Origin: Rubripirellula sp.
GTDB taxonomy: Bacteria; Planctomycetota; Planctomycetia; Pirellulales; Pirellulaceae
DNA: 64,000 nt
Direction of reading: 5' to 3'
NCBI GenBank assembly: GCA_965216875.1
Contig: OZ244207.1
Coordinates: 4,672,001-4,736,000 of the forward strand
Part shown: in pieces, positions 17,274 through 26,952 of the stretch
Numbering within the stretch: the stretch's first letter is position 1
How the letters are laid out: each line of letters begins with the position of its first letter
Notes under the pieces: model-generated
What the model saw: only the letters and a program-made list of their open reading frames with translations
What the model was told of the DNA's origin: nothing
The model's database searches: none
Made by a program: the position numbers and the translations under genes

Positions 17274-19409
17274 ATGTCCACGCTTCCCAATCGCAAACCT
17301 GCCGAGCAGCTTCCGCCCGCTGAATTTCACTTGCACCAACCGTTCGCTCCGGGTGGGGACCAACCCAAAGCGATCGAATCGCTCACCCGGGCATTCCAAG
17401 GGGGTAGCAGCGCCCAAGTCTTGCTCGGTGCGACGGGAACGGGAAAGACGTTCACCATGGCCAACGTGATCGCCAACCTTGGTCGCCCCGCGTTGGTCTT
17501 GAGTCACAACAAAACGCTCGCCGCCCAGCTGTACAGCGAGTTCCGTGAGTTCTTTCCCGAGAACGCGGTCCACTACTTTGTCAGCTACTACGACTACTAC
17601 CAACCGGAAGCCTACATCCCACAGCGTGACGTCTACATCGAAAAAGACGCGTCGATCAACGAAGAGATCGATCGACTGCGATTGGCGACCACCAGCTCAT
17701 TGGTCAGCCGACGGGATGTGGTGATCATCGCATCGGTCTCGAGCATTTATGGTCTCGGTTCGCCCAAAGACTACAAAGAACTGATGATTGCGTTGCACAA
17801 AGGCGAATCAACGAGGCGCGACCATCTGTTGCTTAAGTTCGTTGATCTTCTTTACGAGCGGAACGATGTCGCTTTTGAACGCGGCAAGTTTCGGGTGCGT
17901 GGCGATTCGATTGAACTTTGGCCAACCTACGAAGAGTTCGCTTATCGCATTGAAATGTGGGGGGATGAGATCGAACAGATTTCGATCATCAAACCGGTCT
18001 CGGGCGAAACGATCAAAACTCTCGATCGGGTCTTTATCTATCCAGCGCGCCACTTTGTGATGCCGGAAGACCGCATCCAAAACGCGCTGCGTGTGATCAA
18101 GCAGGAGCTTCAAGATCAACTTGAGCAGTTCCAGAATCAGGGCAAACTTCTGGAAGCACAACGTCTCTCCGCACGCACCCGTTTCGATCTCGAAATGTTG
18201 GCCGAAGTGGGACATTGTCCAGGAATCGAAAACTACAGCCGCCCCCTTTCGGGCAAACCGCCGGGCGCGACCCCTGACACACTTTACGAGTTCTTCCCCG
18301 ACGACTTTGTGACCTTTGTCGACGAGTCGCATGTGACCGTTCCTCAGGTTCGCGCAATGTACGCCGGCGACCGAAGCCGGAAACTAACACTGGTCGACCA
18401 CGGTTTCCGGTTACCAAGTGCCTTGGACAACCGACCTCTCAAATTCGAAGAGTGGGAAGAACGAACCGGCCAAATCTGTTTCGTCAGCGCGACGCCAAGC
18501 GACTACGAACTCGAACGAACCGGCGGCGAGGTGGTCGAGCAGATCATTCGACCGACCGGCTTGCTCGACCCCGAAGTCGAGGTGGTCTCGGCTCGCGGCC
18601 AAGTCAAACATTTGTTGGACGAGATTCGAATTCGCGCCGAGCGCGATGAACGTGTCTTGGTCACGGCATTGACCAAACGACTCGCCGAAGACCTTTCGAC
18701 GTTTTTCCAAGAACAGAACGTCCGCTGCCGTTGGCTCCACAGCGAACTCGATGCCTTCGAACGCGTCGAGTTGTTGCAAGAGCTTCGATCGGGTCGTTTC
18801 GACTGTCTCGTCGGAGTCAACCTGCTGCGTGAAGGGCTCGACCTTCCCGAAGTGTCGCTGGTTGCGATCCTCGACGCCGACAAAGAAGGTTTCCTTCGAA
18901 GCGAAACGAGCCTGATTCAAACGATTGGCCGAGCCGCTCGGAACGCAAACTCCAAAGTCATCCTGTATGCCGACAAGGTGACCGAGTCGATGAGGCTAGC
19001 GATTGACGAAACGGAACGCCGCCGCGCGCTTCAACAAGCCTACAACGACGAACATGGCATCACGCCCGAAACGGTCCGCAAAACGATTCTTGCAGGGATC
19101 GAAAGCGAAGCCGCCAAACGACGCAAGACGAACGCCGCCGCTCAAGCTGAATCCGAAAAGGTCTACATCACACTCGAGTACGTCGAAACACTCGAGCAAG
19201 AAATGTTGGCCGCCGCCGAGGCACTCGAATTTGAACGAGCCGCCCAATTGCGTGACCGAGTGATGCAGCTGAAAGAGAACATCGGCAAACCTCTGTCGGA
19301 AGTGGAGTATGACGAATCACAAAGCTCCGCCACCGGTCGCCAAAAGAAACGCCGCAAAGGGATGAAAGCAGCCAAGGGAACTCGAGTCCCCAAACCGCAC
19401 CGCGGCTAG
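17274..19409 (+). CDS. uvrB: Excinuclease ABC subunit B
   Basis: [46 protein letters not shown] and a C-terminal UVR domain. Confidence 0.98.
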   Translation: MSTLPNRKPAEQLPPAEFHLHQPFAPGGDQPKAIESLTRAFQGGSSAQVLLGATGTGKTFTMANVIANLGRPALVLSHNKTLAAQLYSEFREFFPENAVHYFVSYYDYYQPEAYIPQRDVYIEKDASINEEIDRLRLATTSSLVSRRDVVIIASVSSIYGLGSPKDYKELMIALHKGESTRRDHLLLKFVDLLYERNDVAFERGKFRVRGDSIELWPTYEEFAYRIEMWGDEIEQISIIKPVSGETIKTLDRVFIYPARHFVMPEDRIQNALRVIKQELQDQLEQFQNQGKLLEAQRLSARTRFDLEMLAEVGHCPGIENYSRPLSGKPPGATPDTLYEFFPDDFVTFVDESHVTVPQVRAMYAGDRSRKLTLVDHGFRLPSALDNRPLKFEEWEERTGQICFVSATPSDYELERTGGEVVEQIIRPTGLLDPEVEVVSARGQVKHLLDEIRIRAERDERVLVTALTKRLAEDLSTFFQEQNVRCRWLHSELDAFERVELLQELRSGRFDCLVGVNLLREGLDLPEVSLVAILDADKEGFLRSETSLIQTIGRAARNANSKVILYADKVTESMRLAIDETERRRALQQAYNDEHGITPETVRKTILAGIESEAAKRRKTNAAAQAESEKVYITLEYVETLEQEMLAAAEALEFERAAQLRDRVMQLKENIGKPLSEVEYDESQSSATGRQKKRRKGMKAAKGTRVPKPHRG

Positions 19410-19420
19410 TGGTCCTCTTT

Positions 19421-19526
19421 GAGCCGGCGAGGCATTGATTCGTGTGAGCCGGCAGTTCGTAGTACCGAGCCTTAGCCGGAATCTTCTCGCAAGACGCCGT
19501 AGCTACGCTCGCCAGAGCGTAGCTAC
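19421..19526. repeat. Cluster of short REP-like palindromes after uvrB
   Basis: GAGCCGGC twice, CGTAGTACCGAGCCTTAGCCGG, and the palindrome GTAGCTACGCTC-GCCA-GAGCGTAGCTAC. Confidence 0.65.
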
Positions 19527-19540
19527 GGACCGCAGAGCGT

Positions 19541-19741
19541 CCATAGTCGCCTTTCGCTCCGCCGAAAGTTGCGTTCTTGGCTCTCAAAAAGACATTGCGT
19601 TGGACCGGGAAATAGACAATCAATCCAACCACAGATGGACACAGATCAACGCAGATGCTTGTTACCAGAAATCTGAGTTCATCTGCTTTCATCCGCGGTC
19701 GCCAACCATAGTCGCCTTTCGCTCCGCCGAAAGTTGCGTTC
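19541..19741. repeat. Composite ~165-bp repeat unit plus terminal 36-bp core
   Basis: Core CCATAGTCGCCTTTCGCTCCGCCGAAAGTTGCGTT at 19541 and 19706, with an internal ACCACAGATGGACACAGAT...ATCTGAGTTCATCTGCTTTCATCCGCGGT imperfect palindrome. Confidence 0.9.
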
Positions 19742-19747
19742 CGGTTG

Positions 19748-20233
19748 CTACTCCGTCGAGTGCCGTTCCCGAGGGTGTTGATGACGTGCGCTAATCGTCA
19801 CGTCCAGCGGTCCCATCAGCATTGTGCTGTCCAGCAAGTCTTGGATCTTATCGATGGGAATCGAATTCTTCTTCAGCTTCTCCTTGCCCGCAGGCTTCGG
19901 ATCAAAGTCATGCCACTGTTGAGGGCAAACAAGAAAGTAGGCTGCCTCCTTGCTCGGAAAGCGCACGACAACCGCGTTGGTCGACGGACAATACAAAAAC
20001 ACATGATCGTCGCGACGAGGCTTCACCATCAAAGCCCTGAGCAAGACCGGCCGCGCCGACTCTGGGATCCAATCAGGCGGATCCTCATAGCCAAACAACT
20101 GATGACGGTTGTTGACCTTGGCTGTGCTGTTGTTATCACCGAACAGGTCATCGACAACCTGTGCGGTGCAGCAATGCGAGATCAGCACCAATGCCAGAAT
20201 GAGAACAACACGGAGCATCGGCATCGTCTCCAA
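19748..20233 (-). CDS. Hypothetical exported protein
   Basis: 161-aa ORF with a signal-peptide-like N-terminus (MLRVVLILALVLISHCCTA). No recognisable domain; flanked by repeat units. Confidence 0.55.
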   Translation of the reverse strand: METMPMLRVVLILALVLISHCCTAQVVDDLFGDNNSTAKVNNRHQLFGYEDPPDWIPESARPVLLRALMVKPRRDDHVFLYCPSTNAVVVRFPSKEAAYFLVCPQQWHDFDPKPAGKEKLKKNSIPIDKIQDLLDSTMLMGPLDVTISARHQHPRERHSTE

Positions 20234-20344
20234 TAAAAGAGTGGCTAGGACTTGTTTCCACCGTTCGATTCTATCAACGGTTACAGACGCGGTCGCTGTC
20301 AGCGACTGAAAATCAAATGTCTACACGGCGACTAGCAGGATCAA

Positions 20345-20708
20345 CCATAGTCACCTTTCGCTCCGCCGAAAGTTGCGTTCTTGGCTCCCGAAAAAAGACA
20401 TTGCGTTGGATCGTGGAACAGAAAACCAATCCAACCACAGATGGACACGGATCAACGCAGATGCTTGTCACCAGAAATCTGAGTTCATCTGCTTTCATCC
20501 GCGGTCGCCAACCATAGTCGCCTTTCGCTCCGCCGAAAGTTGCGTTCTTGGCTAACGAAAAGACATTGCGCTGGATCGGGAACAGACAATCAAGCCAACC
20601 ACAGATGGACACGGAGCAACGCAGATGATTGCCCCCGGGTATCTGAGTTCATCTGCTTTTATCTGCGGTCACCAACCTATGTCGCCTTTCGCTCCGCCGA
20701 AAGTTGCG
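20345..20708. repeat. Two tandem ~166-bp composite repeat units plus terminal core
   Basis: Cores at 20345, 20512 and ~20676; units are near-identical to 19541-19705. Confidence 0.9.
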
Positions 20709-20730
20709 CCCGTTGCTTTCCAGGTCCAGC

Positions 20731-22068
20731 CTATGCCTTGCCGAGCACGAGGGCGGTGGCAGCCCCTTCGGCGGTGTGACAGATGCAGATGACGTAGTCT
20801 TTTTCGAGCGGCTGAGACTGGCCAACAAAGGAGACGCTGGCCGTATCTGCGTTCAAAGTAGGTGGGATGACGTTTTGGGACAGCGACATTGCACCGACAA
20901 TCACTCCGATGGTTCCACAAGCCGCTCCGGTGTGGCCCAGTGCGGCGATCGGTGCGACGGCGGGGACGCCAGGAAGAGCTTTTTCGAGTGCGATCTGTTC
21001 TTGGCCATCGATTACCGGATCGCCCATGCCGTGGCTGACCACCAAACCAATGTCATTCGCCGTGATGCCAGCATCCGCGATGGCGGCTTCGATCGCCAAC
21101 CGAATGGCCTCGGCCGAACCGCGGTACCCAGGCACGTCGATTCGAGCCGATCGGACACTTTCGACCATTCCCTCGGCTGCAACAAACCGCTGAGCGTAGG
21201 AGACGACTTTGGCGATCGCGTTGCCACCGCGCGCGGCGACGTCTGATTCGCGTTCGAGTATCACCGCGACTCCCGCTTCGCCGCCCACGACCCCTTTCGA
21301 ATCGGGACCATGAGGTTGCGAACAGGTTTCGACTGGCCCGGTGACCACGGGAACAGGAATGTCGTTGGTGTAGTTCATGCGGGTCGAATTGATCCGCGTT
21401 CCTGCAGCACCCGACACGACCACTTTGGCGATGTTGCGATCCAAACAATTGGCTGCTTCGATCATCGCGGCTGGGCCCGATACGTCGCCGAGTACCAACG
21501 AGTTGTTGGGGCCATGAGCGTTGACTGCGATCCCGACATGGCAAGCTGGCATGTTGGGCAAGTACTTCAACATCCAAAGCGGAGTGATGTCTTTCATCGC
21601 CGCGCCGCCAAACTTCGACTCATCGATCGAGCCGTCTGGCTGGATGCACTTACGCATCGCGTCTTCCATCTCGGTCGGCGGACCATAATACATTTCGCCG
21701 CCAAAGACCGTTCCGATATCGGCCGGTTTCAAGTCGCCCTCTGGATCGGCCGGGAGCGACGAATCGAGCCCCGAATGTTCGAAGGCCATTTGTGATGCGG
21801 CAAACGCAAGCTGAATCTCGCGACACATCACCTTGAGCGCTTTGCGTGGCCGCACGAACTGTTTGGGTTCGAAATCGAGAATCGCCCCGCCAACGAAAAC
21901 CCCTTTAGGCTCGGTCACTTCACCCGGCATGGCGTGGCCGTCGGTTCGTTCCGCTAACGACCGTATGCCCGAACGCTTGTCCAGCAAGGCGGCAAAGAAA
22001 TCTTGGCTGCCGATTCCAATCGACGAAACGACGCCAAGTCCGCTGATGACAACGTTAGTTTGAGGCAT
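20731..22068 (-). CDS. Beta-ketoacyl synthase-like protein lacking the catalytic Cys
   Basis: VVISGLGVVSSIG, LPNMPACH and GPNNSLVLGDVSG (D at the C position of TACxSG); HG and GH histidines retained. Confidence 0.85.
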   Translation of the reverse strand: MPQTNVVISGLGVVSSIGIGSQDFFAALLDKRSGIRSLAERTDGHAMPGEVTEPKGVFVGGAILDFEPKQFVRPRKALKVMCREIQLAFAASQMAFEHSGLDSSLPADPEGDLKPADIGTVFGGEMYYGPPTEMEDAMRKCIQPDGSIDESKFGGAAMKDITPLWMLKYLPNMPACHVGIAVNAHGPNNSLVLGDVSGPAAMIEAANCLDRNIAKVVVSGAAGTRINSTRMNYTNDIPVPVVTGPVETCSQPHGPDSKGVVGGEAGVAVILERESDVAARGGNAIAKVVSYAQRFVAAEGMVESVRSARIDVPGYRGSAEAIRLAIEAAIADAGITANDIGLVVSHGMGDPVIDGQEQIALEKALPGVPAVAPIAALGHTGAACGTIGVIVGAMSLSQNVIPPTLNADTASVSFVGQSQPLEKDYVICICHTAEGAATALVLGKA

Positions 22069-22257
22069 TGAATCTTTGAGACACTAAACGGGGGAGAGCA
22101 CGATTATGGTTACCCACCCCCAACCTGAACAGGGAGCCAAAGGGCAGTGTGTTCCAGCGGGCGACGACTCGCCCTTGCCGAAATCCAGGGCGCAAACCTT
22201 GCTGGGGCGGCCCGCATTTCCATGCCATTGTGGTTCTACCCCCACCAGAGTGATCGG

Positions 22258-23391
22258 CTATTTCAGAGCCAGATCGTAGATTCGGTGCACTTTCGTTCGT
22301 GTTGCGCCGCCTCGTTCGATTGTGCCTCGTGAAAGGGAATTGCTTTCGAGCACCCACGAGAACTCGCCCATCTGAATCCCATATTCGATCGCTTTGGGCA
22401 AAATGGGCGCGAGGGTGACCAATCCCAAGCCCCATTTTTGGTATTCGGGCAAGACATTGGTACTAATCAGCCGCAGGCGGTCGATCTTCCGTTTGCCCAT
22501 CAGCAGCTTCAGCCACCCCAGCGGCAGGAGCCGACCATTCATCTTCTTGAGGACTTGGTTGTAGTCGAGCAAGCCAAATCCGGCCCCGACCGGCTTGCCG
22601 TCGATTTCGGCAATGCTCGTCATTTCGGGGACGATCAAATGCTTCAGACCTTCGCTTTGATGATCGATCTCTGCTTCGCTCATGGGGACATATCCCCAAG
22701 TCTGCTGGAGCGACAGGTTGTAGATTTCGAGAAACACACGGACATCAGCATCGAAGTTTTTTCGATCCAGTGGCCGGCAAGTCGCCTTGAATCGTCTTGT
22801 TGCTTCGTCGATCACGAACTGCAGTTTCGGGTCGATGTCATCCAGGATGTCGACATGAGCCTGGTAGCTGAACAGGTCCTGGCACTTTTCGAACCCAAAT
22901 GCCTCGATCAGTCGCCCGTAGTAGTCTCGGTTGTAGGTGATCATGAAGGTGGGCGGCGAATCAAACCCTTCCACCAACAACCCAACCTCGTAGTTGAGAC
23001 TTGGATGCACGGGTCCCCGAACATCGGTCATCCCCTTGTCGCGTAACCAGCCGGTCGCAACGGAAAGCATTTCATTGCTGGCGTCGAGGTCATCAAAGCA
23101 CTCATAGAACCCGAAGAACCCCCGTTTTTCTTCGTACTTGCGGTTGTGAGCGTGATTGACGACGGCAAGCACGCGGCCAACCACTTCGTCCCCGCGGCGC
23201 ACGATAAAGGCCTGGCCATCGGCGTCGTCATAGAACGGGTGCGGCTTGAATCCGACCATCTCTTTGCGCACCATCCAAAGCGGACAAACCCAATTCGGGT
23301 CATCGCGATAAATGGTCCGCTCAAGCTGAAGGAATGCCTTTTGGTCCGCCTTGGATTGGACCGCCTCGCATCGCACCTCCTTGCTCATCAT
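22258..23391 (-). CDS. GNAT-fold acyltransferase, YghO-like
   Basis: YRDDPNWVCPL, VGRVLA..N..HN, GFFGFYEC, RGP, GLLVEGF..PP and SWVLESN. Confidence 0.8.
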   Translation of the reverse strand: MMSKEVRCEAVQSKADQKAFLQLERTIYRDDPNWVCPLWMVRKEMVGFKPHPFYDDADGQAFIVRRGDEVVGRVLAVVNHAHNRKYEEKRGFFGFYECFDDLDASNEMLSVATGWLRDKGMTDVRGPVHPSLNYEVGLLVEGFDSPPTFMITYNRDYYGRLIEAFGFEKCQDLFSYQAHVDILDDIDPKLQFVIDEATRRFKATCRPLDRKNFDADVRVFLEIYNLSLQQTWGYVPMSEAEIDHQSEGLKHLIVPEMTSIAEIDGKPVGAGFGLLDYNQVLKKMNGRLLPLGWLKLLMGKRKIDRLRLISTNVLPEYQKWGLGLVTLAPILPKAIEYGIQMGEFSWVLESNSLSRGTIERGGATRTKVHRIYDLALK

Positions 23392-23519
23392 CTTTCTGTC
23401 TCTGCTGGTCGGTGTAGGATTTGGTGTAGGAATTCCGGTTTTGCCCGATGGTTGCCCCCAATGCTGATCGGCTCAGCGGTCCTATTGAAATCACCCAATC
23501 GAATCATGCCAACTTGCCA

Positions 23520-24344
23520 ATGAGTGACTCCGAGCAGATTGTTCTGCGCAGCAACGCCAATCCGACGGTCCGTCACCTCATCCGAATGCGTGATAATCGG
23601 TCCCGGCGGCGAGCGGGTCGCATCCTGGTTGATCGCTGGCGTGAAACAGCGCGCGCCGTCGAGTCGGGGCTGAAACCAACAGGCGTGTACATCGCGGAAA
23701 ACGATGGTGCCCTCGGATCCCCCGATGCGGACCAGCGCAGGGTGTTGGACAAAGCGACGGAAACAGGAACGCTTGTTCGAGTATCGGAAAGCGTGCTCGA
23801 AAAAATCAGCTACGGGCAAACGGGCGGGGAAGTCGTCGCAGAATTCGAGACTCCCGATCGCTCCCTTACGAATCTGCGGCTCCCCGATTCTCCGCTGGTG
23901 GTCGTTTTGGACAAAATCGAAAAGCCGGGCAACTTGGGAGCGGTCTTTCGATGTGCTGATGCCGCGGGAGTCGACGCGGTGATCGTCACCGACGGCTGCG
24001 AACTATTCAATCCTAATGCCATTCGCTCAAGCGTCGGCGCCGTGTTTCACGTTCCATGTGCCACGGCGACCGAAGCAGAAGCCTCGAAATTTCTTTCCTC
24101 GCACCAGATTCGCCCCATCGCGGCCCGTGTCGAGGGTTCCAATTCACTTTGGGAATCGGACCTCAACGGACCACTCGCCATTGTTCTCGGCAGCGAAGCG
24201 GATGGACTCGGTGATCGCTGGCAAGAGATAAATGGCCAGCCCATTGCGGGAATTCACATCCCAATGCAAGGCGCCAGCGACAGTCTCAACCTCTCGGTCT
24301 CTGCAGCCGTGATGCTCTTCGAGGCAGTGCGCGTTCGCCGCTAG
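23520..24344 (+). CDS. TrmH/SpoU-family RNA methyltransferase
   Basis: EKPGNLGAVFRCADAAG, LGSEADGL and IPMQGASDSLNLSVSAA. Confidence 0.93.
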   Translation: MSDSEQIVLRSNANPTVRHLIRMRDNRSRRRAGRILVDRWRETARAVESGLKPTGVYIAENDGALGSPDADQRRVLDKATETGTLVRVSESVLEKISYGQTGGEVVAEFETPDRSLTNLRLPDSPLVVVLDKIEKPGNLGAVFRCADAAGVDAVIVTDGCELFNPNAIRSSVGAVFHVPCATATEAEASKFLSSHQIRPIAARVEGSNSLWESDLNGPLAIVLGSEADGLGDRWQEINGQPIAGIHIPMQGASDSLNLSVSAAVMLFEAVRVRR

Positions 24345-24558
24345 ACGATGCCACGCGATCGAAAGGACCGCGCCAAACAACACGATCCGAATCACGCGGA
24401 TCATCGCTACACCTGTTTGGACCTGCAGAATCGTTAATGTCGCGGCAATCCCTATCCGATACTTGAAGCATCCGACGGTCCAGCGCGCTCGCGCCCCGTC
24501 TGGAAGGGTGTACCGCGGGGGGTGCATCAAACGAATCGCTCGGACGCAAGGATGCGGC

Positions 24559-26871
24559 ATGCGTGATGCAGTAGACAACCTGAAACAACGCAATCGGAAC
24601 CGCCGACGCGCGGGTCTGCTTGCCATGCTTTTGGTGGCGAGTCCTGCCGTAGCCCAGTCGCCAAACAATGGCCGGATCAGCATTCCGCCGTTGCCGCTCA
24701 ATCAATCGAGCCAGGTTCAAATCAACCCGTCCATTCGCGTCAATCCCTATTGCGCTCAAGAGGGTGCGCAAAGTGGAATGACACCGGTTCAGTTGGCATC
24801 GGGTAATCCTTCCGCCGTTCGGCTCAAGCCGATCGGTGCAGCCATTGGCTTGCACCCCATCGATCGTTCGCCGAATCAACCCGCGAAACTGCGTGCTGAC
24901 GGCAGCCAATCGCCAGCGATGGTGGTCGACGCTCCCGCATCGCAAATCAAAACCAACCCGTTGGTCGGATCACAGCATCACACCAACAAAGACTTGGTCG
25001 ACACCTCGGTTGATGTCGCGAACACAGCGACTCCGTTTCAACCGGTTCGCCAACCGAACGTGACGCCTGAAGCGAAGAGCAGCATTGTTCTTATCCGTCC
25101 AACGGTGCAACAACCCAAACCGCCTGTTGCCGCTACGCCTGTTGCCGCTCCGGCGAGTCCAAACCAGGGGCAGGCTGCCGTAGCTCCGGTCGCCCAACGA
25201 CCCAATCAAGCCTCACCGATTCCAGCTCATTCGGTTTCGAACACGCATCGTGTCGCGACTCCAGCGGCAACACAGCTTCCTCGTGCCAAAGTTGAAACCA
25301 CATCCGCAAGCGAGCCCATCACGTTTTCGTTCTCCGACAGCAGTGATTCATCACTGACGGAGAAATCAGAACGTACAGCGGAATCCAAAAAGCAATCGAC
25401 AACGCCACCGGTCACGGCCGCCAAAAGCCAACCGCAAGGCAACCTGCCAGCTCCGATTCGCCCGGAACGCCTGTCAGAACCGAGCGTTGCCGTTGAGCTG
25501 CCCGCAAGCACACCTCGCTCTGTTCTGTCTCGCTCTGCCGCAACGCCCGTTGCCAAACCGGCGGGTCAAGCAGCAAAGGTCGTTCGTCAAAAACCACAGA
25601 TTGCCAAACCAGTTGTTTCGGAGCCGGTTGAACTCGTTCAGCCCGTTGTGATTGGTGATGCTCCGGTCGAACCACCTTCCGACGACGAGGGTTTGGTGCC
25701 AATCCAATCGGCTTCGCCCAAGGTGGTCAGTGCTTCCGAAAGCAAGCCAAGCCTTATCAAAGCAGATCGCCAGGCAAGCGTCCTGGCGGCTCCACCGGTT
25801 CGACTCCATCAGGTTGGCGAATTGGAAAGGAAGGCGGCGCCAATCAAGAGCGCAGCGACCGACCAAACTCAGCTCAACAAGGACAAGCGTGGCAATCTGC
25901 CTGAGCCTGTTGTGATTGGTGGCGCGTCGGAAGAAGCCCCACTGGCCACGACAACCAAGCCCGCACCGAGAATCGCCAAGCCCGCGCCAAGAATCGCCAA
26001 GGCAGCGCCGAGTGTCGCCAAGGCGCCCCATGTGGATCATCATGTTGCCAAGAACGTGAGCCGTGAGCCGCTGGCATCCAAAGCGAAGCCCGCCGCCTCA
26101 GCGAAAACACCGCGCGTCAACAAGTCTTCGGCACCTGTCGTTGCCGAACCGACGCCCGCGTTTGCACCGGTTCATACGGCGTCACCCGTCATGGCTGGCC
26201 CCCTCAAGTCAACCGAAAAGACATCAGAGCGTTCACTCCATCAAACTCGCTTTCGAGCCCCGGTTGCTGTTACGAAATTGCCGCTGGCGCTCGAACGTCC
26301 CGCAGTTGACGAAACCGCGAGCATCGTTCGCCCATCGATCAGTCCAGTCAAAGCACTTGATCTGAATCAATCGAACGAGGGTGCCAAAGTGATCGCTGAG
26401 ATCGACGAAGACACCAAGTTGACTCCGCTTTACATGAGCCGAGCTCAAGTTCGATCGCTGACGCTTGGCGGCAATGTCCGTCGGGTCGAAGTGGCTGACA
26501 AAAACGTTTGCCAAGCCTTCGCTGCCGGCCCCAATCGTTTGAAGCTGATCGGAACCGGCAACGGCGTCACACAACTGGTCGTCTGGGCCGGGGCCAACGA
26601 AAAGTCGCCCACGCAAGTACGAGCGTTTGAGATTCACGTTCAAGATGCCGTCGCGGCAACCGGAAAGACAGTCGTCGACCGCAGCAAGATGCTGAACGCT
26701 TCGATTCAGAAGATGTTCCCAGGCTGCCGCGTCAACGTTCAACAGGTTTCTGACACGTTGGTTGTCAGTGGCCGCTGCGACAACCCTGAATCAGCAAAAC
26801 AAATCATGCGAATGGTTCGCAAAACCGTACTTGTGCCCGTTCGTGACGAGCTCACGATCGCAGGTCGTTAA
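24559..26871 (+). CDS. Exported Pro/Ala-rich protein with C-terminal pilus-formation N-terminal-like and BON-like domains
   Basis: Signal peptide, long low-complexity region, then VRRVEVADKNVC..LIGTGNGVTQLVVW and LVVSGRC..AKQIM. Confidence 0.7.
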   Translation: MRDAVDNLKQRNRNRRRAGLLAMLLVASPAVAQSPNNGRISIPPLPLNQSSQVQINPSIRVNPYCAQEGAQSGMTPVQLASGNPSAVRLKPIGAAIGLHPIDRSPNQPAKLRADGSQSPAMVVDAPASQIKTNPLVGSQHHTNKDLVDTSVDVANTATPFQPVRQPNVTPEAKSSIVLIRPTVQQPKPPVAATPVAAPASPNQGQAAVAPVAQRPNQASPIPAHSVSNTHRVATPAATQLPRAKVETTSASEPITFSFSDSSDSSLTEKSERTAESKKQSTTPPVTAAKSQPQGNLPAPIRPERLSEPSVAVELPASTPRSVLSRSAATPVAKPAGQAAKVVRQKPQIAKPVVSEPVELVQPVVIGDAPVEPPSDDEGLVPIQSASPKVVSASESKPSLIKADRQASVLAAPPVRLHQVGELERKAAPIKSAATDQTQLNKDKRGNLPEPVVIGGASEEAPLATTTKPAPRIAKPAPRIAKAAPSVAKAPHVDHHVAKNVSREPLASKAKPAASAKTPRVNKSSAPVVAEPTPAFAPVHTASPVMAGPLKSTEKTSERSLHQTRFRAPVAVTKLPLALERPAVDETASIVRPSISPVKALDLNQSNEGAKVIAEIDEDTKLTPLYMSRAQVRSLTLGGNVRRVEVADKNVCQAFAAGPNRLKLIGTGNGVTQLVVWAGANEKSPTQVRAFEIHVQDAVAATGKTVVDRSKMLNASIQKMFPGCRVNVQQVSDTLVVSGRCDNPESAKQIMRMVRKTVLVPVRDELTIAGR
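25956..26028 (+). repeat. 21-bp coding tandem repeat (KPAPRIA x2, KAAPSVA, KAP)
   Basis: CAAGCCCGCACCGAGAATCGC / CAAGCCCGCGCCAAGAATCGC / CAAGGCAGCGCCGAGTGTCGC. Confidence 0.75.
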
Positions 26872-26952
26872 GCCAATCATTCCCTTTACCTTTCACCATC
26901 GGTCTACCAAATCGCGGCAACGCTCCGCACCGAGAGTTAACGAGGTTCGATC

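Noticed and set aside
19748..20340. Integron cassette
   Set aside because: No attC-type RYYYAAC/GTTRRRY pairing identified and no integrase in the window.
19541..20708. CRISPR array (five ~35-bp direct repeats)
   Set aside because: Intervening segments are ~130 bp and near-identical to each other, no cas genes are present, and a related core occurs singly at 11461 as a REP.
19435..20779. Small ORFs with recurring IVAFRSAESCV / NHRWTQINAD peptides
   Set aside because: These are translations of the DNA repeats.
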